Positions 31,323 through 40,126 of a stretch of DNA of 64,000 bases are shown here, one piece after another. The notes under the pieces were generated by a model that was given only the letters and a program-made list of their open reading frames with translations, had not been told where the DNA came from and did not search any database. The position numbers were made by a program, and so were the translations under genes. Source of the stretch: Opitutales bacterium (GTDB lineage Bacteria > Verrucomicrobiota > Verrucomicrobiia > Opitutales > PNEW01); NCBI GenBank assembly GCA_965197745.1, contig CBDANS010000007.1:32001-96000 (forward strand). The letters are read 5' to 3'. How positions within the stretch are numbered: the stretch's first letter is position 1; every line of letters starts with the position of its first letter.

Positions 31323-32086
31323 GTAAAACCACTTTAGTCACCGGTGCTGCTCGTGGGATCGGTAAAGCCACCGCGCAACGATTGCTTGGGTTAAACCATC
31401 ACGTGATCGCGCTGGATCGCCCCGGAACAAACTGGTGGCCCCCGGAAGCAAAAAACAGGTTGACCACCGTGGAATATGACCTGGCACAGCCAGATCAGAT
31501 AAGCGAACTCGTAAGTCAACTGATAAAGGATCACGTGCCAATCACCGGCCTGGTCAACAATGCAGGCATCGTAACCAGCAATCCGCTTATTGAAACCACC
31601 GATCTCGATTGGCATCGAACACTGACAGTCAATGTGACTTCGCCATTTATCTTGATACGCAATCTTGCACCGCATATGCAGCAGATTGGTGGCGGCGCCA
31701 TCGTCAACGTCGCCAGTCGCAACGCCTTTAGATCCAGTACCGGTAAGTGCACCTACGATGCTTCCAAAGCAGCTCTCATGGCATTGACACGTACCGCTGC
31801 GGGTGAACTGGCAGCAGCTAACATCCGCGTCAACGCAGTTTGCCCCGGCGTTATCGACACACCCGCTGAAGCGTCGGTGCTGCATGAACCAATCTTTAAC
31901 GCCACCTATAAAAAGCTGATTCCGATGGATCGTTTTGGTCAACCTGATGAAATCGCTTCAGTCATTACCTTTTTACTATCCGAAGAAGCGGCCTTTTTAA
32001 CCGGTCAGGGCTTGATCGTCGATGGCGGCCAAATCGCCTGTCAGGATAATCAGCGATTCATGGAGATTGTAAAGAAGAGCTCGTAA
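31319..32086 (+). CDS. SDR family oxidoreductase
   Basis: TGAARGIG, NNAG, YDASK. Confidence 0.92.
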   Translation: MSKTTLVTGAARGIGKATAQRLLGLNHHVIALDRPGTNWWPPEAKNRLTTVEYDLAQPDQISELVSQLIKDHVPITGLVNNAGIVTSNPLIETTDLDWHRTLTVNVTSPFILIRNLAPHMQQIGGGAIVNVASRNAFRSSTGKCTYDASKAALMALTRTAAGELAAANIRVNAVCPGVIDTPAEASVLHEPIFNATYKKLIPMDRFGQPDEIASVITFLLSEEAAFLTGQGLIVDGGQIACQDNQRFMEIVKKSS

Positions 32087-32225
32087 GCTGACAGAATGCA
32101 TTGCTTATTAGCAAAGAGCATCACGAAATGCCACTTAACGTACCCATTAAAACACCGACAACGAAGCGCTCGACATCAGTATTTTTTTAGATTTCCTGAC
32201 ATCGTTTCCTTTCAGGGTTAATGTT

Positions 32226-33488
32226 TTACGAGTGATGAAATAATTCCAAATCAGTGAGACGCTCACTTTCTAATAATTGCTTATGACGTTTATTGAAAGC
32301 TGAACTGCGGTCATTTTCGATGACCTCAAGGGAAACGCCGCGTTCGAAGCCCGGTAGATTTCCCTGGTAATACTCCTTCTGGTAGACGGCTTCGTCAGTG
32401 AATTCCCATATCCGTTTTTTCTTTCCGCTCCCCGGCCAGGTAATACGGTGAATTCTTTTTTTTCGGCGATAAAGGTCGGTGGGGGTGGGATCATCCTGGT
32501 TGACGGTATATTTTGTGAGGGCTTTCTCGTCCACTTCTATTCCAAGCCCCGGCGCTTCCGGTACTTCAATATAACCATCTACTACTTTAAATTTCTCAGA
32601 GAGGAGATCGTGTTTCCATAGATCATGACAAGTAATATAGGGTAACCGGGCATGAGAAAGGACCGAACCCAGATGAATGGCAAAAGCGGTAGTGATTCCG
32701 GTTCCTACCATTTGCAACCAGAAAGGTTTGTTGAAGGATGCGGCTAAAGTCGCCTGGCGAAGCGTCTCTATTATACCAATGCCGATAACAAATCCATCGC
32801 ACGCATTAGCGTGAAGGTATGCTTCATTGAAATGTTCGACGATGGGTTTTCGAATACGCTCACATAATAGCTTTGCTCCGGGTAAATCACGTTCCAGGTA
32901 AAAGGGGCTTTCGAAAATCCCCACATTGGGGTGTTCGCCAAGCTGCTGAAGAACAGTCTCAGCCCTGGGCTCATTCAGGAGGAATCCATTGAAGTCCAAA
33001 TCGAATTTATAGTCTGCGGGAACAACGTTTCCCACGGCTTCCACCTGTCGGAAAATATCACGCCAGGGCCTGGCTTTCATCTTGAAAGAAGTATAACCAC
33101 GTTTAAGCGATTCTTTTGCTTCTGCAGCCCAGTCTTCATGCGGCATGTCAATGTCCCACCAGGATATCGGGCAACGATTGCGAACCTTTCTCCCCAACAG
33201 GGCATGAACCGGTGTGCCAACGGATTTACCGACTGCATCCAAAACAGCCACTTGAGGTCCAAAACCGATGCGGTCATCATGCATAAGGGTAAAGGGGTTA
33301 TGTCCTATCAATTGATCTGAGTCGTGTACCGATAGACAATCGCCGTAACCGACGATACCGTTATCAAGTTCAATTCGGTAAACATAAACCCGTTCACTGT
33401 AGGCTAAAGCCCGGTTCATCGCCCTTGTAACACGCGCGGAGTAAAATGGAATATTTAAAGCTAACCGTGTTGCGTGTTTTATTTTCAT
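32226..33488 (-). CDS. Mandelate racemase/muconate lactonizing enzyme family protein
   Basis: KMK, DFN, ESP, PGLGIEVD. Confidence 0.85.
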   Translation of the reverse strand: MKIKHATRLALNIPFYSARVTRAMNRALAYSERVYVYRIELDNGIVGYGDCLSVHDSDQLIGHNPFTLMHDDRIGFGPQVAVLDAVGKSVGTPVHALLGRKVRNRCPISWWDIDMPHEDWAAEAKESLKRGYTSFKMKARPWRDIFRQVEAVGNVVPADYKFDLDFNGFLLNEPRAETVLQQLGEHPNVGIFESPFYLERDLPGAKLLCERIRKPIVEHFNEAYLHANACDGFVIGIGIIETLRQATLAASFNKPFWLQMVGTGITTAFAIHLGSVLSHARLPYITCHDLWKHDLLSEKFKVVDGYIEVPEAPGLGIEVDEKALTKYTVNQDDPTPTDLYRRKKRIHRITWPGSGKKKRIWEFTDEAVYQKEYYQGNLPGFERGVSLEVIENDRSSAFNKRHKQLLESERLTDLELFHHS

Positions 33489-33687
33489 TTTTATATCACC
33501 TTTAGGTTAAAGATCATGATCGTGTTTTATTCCCCCCGCTGGAAATCTTTCTTAGTTCTGTTTTAAAGTTTTATTTCTTAAGGGTGCTATATTTTTTAAA
33601 TAGACCTTCTTCTTCATTTAAAATTTAGCAAACTATAAAATTGTAAGCAATATGTGGACGAGGATGAAGATTAAAAATTCAAGCTGA

Positions 33688-33764
33688 TCACCCCGGAGGG
33701 GTGTAACAATCGAAGCCCGCAGCGCAAGCTGTGGGCTAAGCCTATGCCGCCCCTCCGGGGCTGA
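33688..33764. repeat. REP-like palindrome (CCCCGGAGGGG...CCCCTCCGGGG) with inner hairpin
   Basis: Outer inverted repeat plus inner AGCCCGCAGC GCAA GCTGTGGGCT. Confidence 0.7.
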
Positions 33765-33893
33765 TTGAGTATGGTAAGTTTAAGTTTTTAACATCTACCT
33801 TTTTACTTTATTTCGTAAGTATCTAAGAGGAACGAGGAGGAAGACGAAGACGAGGATTACCTTGATTATACTGTGTCTTAAAGCCCTTAATAA

Positions 33894-34766
33894 TCACCCT
33901 TTAAGGGCACCGGCGGCAACACCTTTAACAATATGGCGTTGGAGTAAAATATAAAAGATAAGCGTGGGGATGAGCACTAAGACAAGTCCCGCGAAACAGA
34001 CGCCCCAGTCGCTGCGATATTGTGAAGTAATCGCAATATTTGCCAGACCAAGTGGTAGGGTCCTAATACTTTCACTGCTTTCACCGGAAAGGAACATGTA
34101 GGCTATAAAGTACTCATTCCAGAACGAGAGAAAGGTAAAAATGGCCACGGTTACTAATCCCGGTCGGGCGAGGGGCAACATAATGCTCCAGAAAATTCGC
34201 CATTCACTACAACCATCAATTTGCGCGGCTTCGTGGAGCGATCGGGGTAACGTTTTAAAAAACCCGGCGAGGATAAAGATGGCAAAGGGCAGTCCTCCGG
34301 TAATATAGACAAGGGTCAAGCCCAGGCGCGAATTCAGCAAACCCCACTCGCGCATCTGAAAGAAGAGAGGGATGATCGATAACTGCACGGGAATCATGAG
34401 TCCGGAGAGAAAGAGGTAAAACATTACCGTGCTCCCCGGGAATCGAAATCGACTCAGGGCATAGGCTGCCATCGATGCCAGGATGAGGCAGAGAGTAAGC
34501 GCGCACGCCGTTACGAGCGCACTATTGAGAAAATACTTCGAGAAGTGTGCCCCTACCCAGGCACGCTCAAAATTTTCCCATTGCAGATTTTCAAAATCAG
34601 GAAGAGCAAAAGGTTCCAGGAATATTTCCTGGTCCGTTTTCAAAGCGGTATAGTTCATCCAAATTAAAGGGTAAACAACAACTATAAGATAGCTCAGGAG
34701 TACACTAAAAATCAGCATCTTCACGATAGGTTCAATGATTTGCTTTCGGCCGGGTTTGTTTTTCAT
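33894..34766 (-). CDS. Carbohydrate ABC transporter permease (MalG-like)
   Basis: EAAQIDG loop, six TM segments, WNEY. Confidence 0.93.
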   Translation of the reverse strand: MKNKPGRKQIIEPIVKMLIFSVLLSYLIVVVYPLIWMNYTALKTDQEIFLEPFALPDFENLQWENFERAWVGAHFSKYFLNSALVTACALTLCLILASMAAYALSRFRFPGSTVMFYLFLSGLMIPVQLSIIPLFFQMREWGLLNSRLGLTLVYITGGLPFAIFILAGFFKTLPRSLHEAAQIDGCSEWRIFWSIMLPLARPGLVTVAIFTFLSFWNEYFIAYMFLSGESSESIRTLPLGLANIAITSQYRSDWGVCFAGLVLVLIPTLIFYILLQRHIVKGVAAGALKG

Positions 34767-37042
34767 TGATAGACCTCCACCGTTTCCCGTTTCATCAATC
34801 GTATCGTAACCATCGCGCCAAAGAAAACTAAGACAAATAATAGGACCGCGATCGCCGTCGCCTGACCTACCTTAAATTCCTTAAACATTGTGGTTACCAT
34901 GTAGGTGCCAATGACATGTGTGTTCGAAGTCGGCCGTTGGCTCGTCAGCAACCAGATATTTTCAAACGCTTTTAAGCCGCCGATGACCATGAAGACTGCA
35001 GAGATAGTAAGCGCTTCCCAGATCTGCGGTATGGTAATGAAAATAAACTGCTGCCAGGTGCTGGCACCATCAATCGACGCTGCATCGTATAAAACGGTGT
35101 CCACGTTTTCCATCGCGGCGAGGTAAAGAATCATGTTGAACCCACAGGCGCCCCAGATGGCCATAGGTATTAACGACCAGTATAAATGATCCTGTGAGAG
35201 CCAGGGATAATTCTCAAACTGCGTGAAACCCAGGCCGACAAACGCACCATTGACCAGTCCCCCCTGGGGATCATAAGCGTTCATCCACAAAAGGGTAATG
35301 GCGATGCCCCCCATGATGTTCGGAAAGAAAAAACAGATGCGAAACAAATTGCTGCCCCAGATCCGACGGCTGATAAGAAAAGAAATAAAAAGGGCGATGG
35401 GAATGACGAAGAGAGTCGGAACAAACATCACGAATAAATTATTTTTCAGTGCCTTCCAAAATATATCACTCTCAAACAAAAGCCGTTTGAAGTGAAGCAG
35501 CCCCAAATACTCACGATCGGTAATTCCATCCCACCGGGTAAAGGCCCAGACAAAAGATTCCAATGATGGTTTAATGGAAAAAACCAGATACATTACCATC
35601 GCCGGTCCTATGAATAAAAGCACATAGTGCGCTTTCAACTTGCCCGGAGAATGACTGACCGTCTTTATTTTTCTTCTTGCTTTAAGCTGGCTGTAAACTG
35701 TGTAGGTTAAAGCGGCTACAATAATGAAAATAAGAAGGGATCCAGCCGTGGTATGACGATAGACAACTTTCTTGGGATTAATTCTGATAATCCTTTCTTT
35801 CTCTGCTGCCGCTTCGAGAAAATCACCGAATGCTTCTGGAGAAATTTCACCATACATGAGCATCGCCCGCGCATCTTCTTCTGCTTGAGCCATCCCTGGA
35901 TATGGGGGTGATGAGCCCAATGGTGAGCCGTAGGCATCGGTTGAGTTCTCAATGATCCTTGCCATATCATGCATCAAAGGTGAGTAGCTTTCCAGAGGTG
36001 TTCCTATGATCGCGGTGGGGGAATCCTGTCTCTCGGTGAAGGCTTTCGCCCATCGACGGGAGGTCAGAAAACGAAAAAAATCAACGGTCACATCACTATT
36101 TTCCACCTCTTTAAAAAGGAAGAAATAATCACTTCCGGCATCGACTGCATTCTTAGATCCTTTTCCCTCCGGGAAAACTGGCATTCTAAAAGCTCCGAGC
36201 TCAAAATCCTCGGGAATTTTTCCTGCCATTTCGCTCACTATCCATGAGCCGTTGGCGATCATCGCGGTATTGCCTTGAAAAAACTGTAACTGGGAACCGG
36301 TATGACTCATCCCTTCCCACCCGTCCTGGAAATACTGGGTGGAAAGCCTCTGAAGAATCCCCGCGGCTTTTTTGAATTGAGGATCGGAACGTGTCCCTAT
36401 CTCGAGAAGATTATAACGTCGATACAAATCCGGCCCAGCCAAGTTGTAATAGGCCGCTCTTAAGATCATATCGCCATAGCCCATGTAAACACCGGGGAAT
36501 GCGAATGGCGCAATATTGACTGCTTGGACTTGATCGCAAAGGCTGAAAAGCTCATCCCAGGTTTGAGGAATTTCCCAATCATTATCTCTGAACAGAGTTT
36601 TGTTATACAAAATCAGCTTGGTGGCATAAGCAAAAGGCAATGCCCAGACATGTTCGCCGTCCTGCCAATGTTCAATTGCCCCAGGAAGAAAAGTATCACG
36701 CCACCGGGCATCATTCTCCCAATTGGGTCCTTCCAGGTAAGGTGCCAGGTCAAGAATTTTCCCGGCTTTAATTAAGTTATAGTAGGACAGGTCTGATGCT
36801 GTCGCGTTAGGATAATTACCTTCTATGACACGAATACGCACCTGATCCGGCATGCGTGGATCGCCGTATAGATTGATCTTAACACCGGGATGTCCTTTCT
36901 CAAATGTGCGCGCAACATCCTGATAAAATTTAACGCCATACCCACCCTCAAATATAGGAATATCAATCTCAATTGGTTCTTCGGCAAAGAGAGTGAATGC
37001 AAAAATCAAAGTGAGGCAGAGGGTGACGACTTTGATTTTCAT
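34763..37042 (-). CDS. Fused extracellular solute-binding protein / carbohydrate ABC permease
   Basis: N-terminal SBP family-1 features; C-terminal TM domain with DAASIDGA loop. Confidence 0.88.
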   Translation of the reverse strand: MKIKVVTLCLTLIFAFTLFAEEPIEIDIPIFEGGYGVKFYQDVARTFEKGHPGVKINLYGDPRMPDQVRIRVIEGNYPNATASDLSYYNLIKAGKILDLAPYLEGPNWENDARWRDTFLPGAIEHWQDGEHVWALPFAYATKLILYNKTLFRDNDWEIPQTWDELFSLCDQVQAVNIAPFAFPGVYMGYGDMILRAAYYNLAGPDLYRRYNLLEIGTRSDPQFKKAAGILQRLSTQYFQDGWEGMSHTGSQLQFFQGNTAMIANGSWIVSEMAGKIPEDFELGAFRMPVFPEGKGSKNAVDAGSDYFFLFKEVENSDVTVDFFRFLTSRRWAKAFTERQDSPTAIIGTPLESYSPLMHDMARIIENSTDAYGSPLGSSPPYPGMAQAEEDARAMLMYGEISPEAFGDFLEAAAEKERIIRINPKKVVYRHTTAGSLLIFIIVAALTYTVYSQLKARRKIKTVSHSPGKLKAHYVLLFIGPAMVMYLVFSIKPSLESFVWAFTRWDGITDREYLGLLHFKRLLFESDIFWKALKNNLFVMFVPTLFVIPIALFISFLISRRIWGSNLFRICFFFPNIMGGIAITLLWMNAYDPQGGLVNGAFVGLGFTQFENYPWLSQDHLYWSLIPMAIWGACGFNMILYLAAMENVDTVLYDAASIDGASTWQQFIFITIPQIWEALTISAVFMVIGGLKAFENIWLLTSQRPTSNTHVIGTYMVTTMFKEFKVGQATAIAVLLFVLVFFGAMVTIRLMKRETVEVYQ

Positions 37043-37084
37043 CGATCATCCATGGTAGTTGATTATCTGCTACTTTTAATATCT

Positions 37085-38113
37085 TTACCTCTTGGTATTT
37101 TCAAAAAAAAATACCTTGGGAGGTTTAACACCTGTTTCTTTCGCGGTTCTCTTAAGCAGCTCTATGTCATCCAGCCCTAAAGGTACACCATCGCGCCGAT
37201 ATTCCTGTTCCCTATGGAATTCAACGGTACCAGGCAAAGTGGCTTCATCGTAACCGCGCACAGGTTCCATATTCTCTCGCACGCCTCGCACCAAACTGTC
37301 GATTCCTGAACGGAACTGTGAAGGTTCAGTAAACATTCCTATATCCATAATTAGGATCATTCCCCCTAAATAAGCTTCCGGCCATTTCCTGGTTACTTCT
37401 ACAGCTTGAGGGCTATCTACGCCAACAAAAACACCGCCGAGTGCCCAGGCCACACCCGTATAACCCATGGACTTAAAAAAGGCTGCCGGTATGAGTTCTT
37501 GTAAATAATCGAATTCTCCTTCGATTTGGTCGTCACCCAAAATTCGAGTGGCTACATCCAGGACCAGGGGTGGTTCGTCCCGGCCAGGTAAACCAAAGCA
37601 CAGAGCTCGATTGCCCCAATAGGCAGACTGCGGACGTTTGTTTGAATTTGTTTTGCTGATAAAGCTTGGTAGGCCTTGGACCGACATAGCAGTGTAACCT
37701 TTTTCCATGGCTCTGCGGACATAGTGGCCGGCAGCGCCGTAATGACCAATATGACAGGTCGCTCCTACGGCAATGCCTTTTTCAGCAGCCTTGTTCAAAG
37801 CAAGTTCTGTGGCCATCATCATCGGCGTATACCCCAGGCCACCATCTCCGTCTATCAGAACAGTATTATCAGTTTCCTTAATTACCTTAGGATTTGGCTC
37901 TGGGTTTATCACTTTATCTCTAAGGTGCTGGCAATACGGATTAAGCTGTCGAGTGCCATGGGAGCGTACACCGCGCAAGTCGGCGTTTGTTAGTAACTCG
38001 GCTACCTGTTCTGCGTGATTCACCCGCAGGCCAGCGGTTCTGAGGCAGGTAGCTGCAAATTGGTAGAGCTGATCCGAGGGAACACGTATGAATTTATCAG
38101 GAGGACTGTTCAT
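37085..38113 (-). CDS. Ldh_2 (malate/L-lactate dehydrogenase-like) oxidoreductase
   Basis: ADLRGVRSHG, DGDGGLG, HYGAAGHY, LPG. Confidence 0.88.
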   Translation of the reverse strand: MNSPPDKFIRVPSDQLYQFAATCLRTAGLRVNHAEQVAELLTNADLRGVRSHGTRQLNPYCQHLRDKVINPEPNPKVIKETDNTVLIDGDGGLGYTPMMMATELALNKAAEKGIAVGATCHIGHYGAAGHYVRRAMEKGYTAMSVQGLPSFISKTNSNKRPQSAYWGNRALCFGLPGRDEPPLVLDVATRILGDDQIEGEFDYLQELIPAAFFKSMGYTGVAWALGGVFVGVDSPQAVEVTRKWPEAYLGGMILIMDIGMFTEPSQFRSGIDSLVRGVRENMEPVRGYDEATLPGTVEFHREQEYRRDGVPLGLDDIELLKRTAKETGVKPPKVFFFENTKR

Positions 38114-38348
38114 CCAGACTCGTTGAATCAGGCACAATATCACTTATTATGCAATTTTAAGTTTTGTATTTCAAAATAAGCACTTCTTTATATCAACGTC
38201 GACACCCGCACTGACAGTAGGATCAACCATATGACAGGTAGGCTGCTTGATTCCAATCGATTTTCTCAATTCGTCGAGATGACGAAATTCTTTGAATGCG
38301 GAATCTATAAGGATCACTTAATGATAGAACTGAAAACGCTTTCAATCA

Positions 38349-39566
38349 TCAGGGGCGGACCGGTGTTCCATCAGAGATGCGGGTCTGCGTCCCCCATTGC
38401 AATAATTGCATGGCTTCATCTTTACAGGGGTGTTTGGCCGCAAGCGATTCATCGATGTCGATGCCGAGTCCAGGTTTATCACTTGGATACAAGTACCCAT
38501 CGCGGACTTCAGGTATGCCGGGAAACATGTCACAGGTTAAATTATTAAAACGGCACCACTCCTGTATTCCAAAATTCGGAGCCCAAAGATCGAGGTGGAG
38601 ATTGGCGGTGTGGCCGATAGGTGAGACGTCACCCGGACCGTGCCAGGCAGTACGAACGCCATACATCCTGGCAAAAGCGGCAACGTTTCGAGCTGGAGTA
38701 AGACCACCCATGACGCTGATGTGCATACGGATGAAATCGATGAGGCGATCCTGGATAAGGGGGGTCCACTCAAGGGGGTGGGTAAAGAGCTCACCCATAG
38801 CGAGAGGAGTGGAAGACTGATTTCTTAGATGGCGAAACCATTCAAGGTCCTCGGGTGCAAGTGCATCTTCGAGGAAAAATAGTTTATAAGGTTCTACATT
38901 TTTGGCAAAAGCAATGGCGTCGATGGGCTGGAGTCGTTCATGAACATCGTGAATGAGTTCTATTCCTGGTCCTACGGATTTCCGGATATGCTCAATCATC
39001 TCGACTACTTCCCGAGCATAGGCTCGAGGATCAAAGTAAACACCATCGGGCGCGCCTTCAGGCTTGCGCAGTTTCGATGATTGACCACCATAGCCGCCCA
39101 TCTGAATGCGAATATATTTGTAACCCTGCTCGATAAATTGATTTACGCTATCTTCAACTTCATGCCTATCCTTTCCGTCCGCGTGGACATACACCGCCGC
39201 GCCCTCCCGGCATTTTCCCCCGAATAGTTGATAGACCGGCATGCCCGCGCGTTTACCTTTAATATCCCAGAGGGCTATATCCACTCCGGAAATGGCATTG
39301 TTTAAGACTGGACCGTTGCGCCAGTAAGCGTTGACCATCGACATCTGCCAGATCTCCTCAATCTTATCAACGTCTCTTCCGATGAGGAAGGGGCGAAGGT
39401 GGTCCTCGATAGTTTTATGAACCGCGTGAAATCGAGGAGAAAGAGAGGCACAACCCAATCCATAAAGTCCGGATTCAGAGGTGATGATTTTTACAACGAG
39501 AAGAGGTAAGCCTTCCGGCTGGGTCAAAATCGGTTTTACATCTTTTATCGTTACGGTCGAAGCCAT
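38349..39566 (-). CDS. RspA/ManD-like acid-sugar dehydratase (enolase superfamily)
   Basis: YWRNGPV, HDVHERL, FLED, MGELF, WHGPGDVSP, NFGIQE. Confidence 0.9.
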   Translation of the reverse strand: MASTVTIKDVKPILTQPEGLPLLVVKIITSESGLYGLGCASLSPRFHAVHKTIEDHLRPFLIGRDVDKIEEIWQMSMVNAYWRNGPVLNNAISGVDIALWDIKGKRAGMPVYQLFGGKCREGAAVYVHADGKDRHEVEDSVNQFIEQGYKYIRIQMGGYGGQSSKLRKPEGAPDGVYFDPRAYAREVVEMIEHIRKSVGPGIELIHDVHERLQPIDAIAFAKNVEPYKLFFLEDALAPEDLEWFRHLRNQSSTPLAMGELFTHPLEWTPLIQDRLIDFIRMHISVMGGLTPARNVAAFARMYGVRTAWHGPGDVSPIGHTANLHLDLWAPNFGIQEWCRFNNLTCDMFPGIPEVRDGYLYPSDKPGLGIDIDESLAAKHPCKDEAMQLLQWGTQTRISDGTPVRP

Positions 39567-39639
39567 ATCATTTTTTAACTTTTATTTTATTGTTTAATTA
39601 TTCCACTCATGAGCGAATATAAAATGTTGCGATTAATTA

Positions 39640-39750
39640 TGAACTGTCCCTGTAAAACTGGACCAGCAAAGATTTAGTCTGACGTGGGTGTAAAACCTAA
39701 TAAAAAAATAGGAGATAGAACCACTCATGAAAAGGGTGCGCCAATACCTC
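39640..39750 (+). mobile_element. IS3-family left-end remnant
   Basis: TGAACTGTCCCTGTAAAACTGGACCA TIR-like end, RBS GGAG and truncated orfA-like start MKRVRQY at 39727. Confidence 0.55.
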
Positions 39751-39932
39751 AAAAGTTCCTGCCAATTCCTGTCAAAATACTACCAAAATATGTGATTCCT
39801 GTCCATTCCTGCCAGACATTTTGAGGCAACGTAGGAAACCAAAGGAAAATATAAATTATTTTTCAGTCGTTATTTATACCGAACTTTTTATTAATAAACA
39901 GCTTCCGTGGTATTAAAAAGTCCCGTTTATAC

Positions 39933-39960
39933 ACGAATTCAAGTCCCGTCTGTCTCGCCA
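39933..39960 (+). other. tRNA 3'-end fragment (Asp-like), probable att site
   Basis: GAATTCAAGTCCCGTCTGTCTCGCCA = T-loop + 3' acceptor strand + CCA; no 5' half present. Confidence 0.55.
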
Positions 39961-40126
39961 AAATTTGCATTCGCAAATTTTACCCACCGAAGTTCGCATG
40001 GAAAATGTCGGCATGCGATAGAGGGACTCGGAACTAGCAAAAAATAAAAATGCTAAAATGAGAAGCCTAACCCCCTTTTGACTTCGCATCTATTCAAGAA
40101 TTAATTGATCCATTGAAGGAGTTGAA

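Noticed and set aside
38305..38322. AGGATCACTT match to the family-1 core on the plus strand
   Set aside because: Only 10 bp, not followed by GTT, and no cassette downstream.
39900..39960. Complete tRNA gene
   Set aside because: Only the T-loop and 3' acceptor strand are present; no D or anticodon arm.
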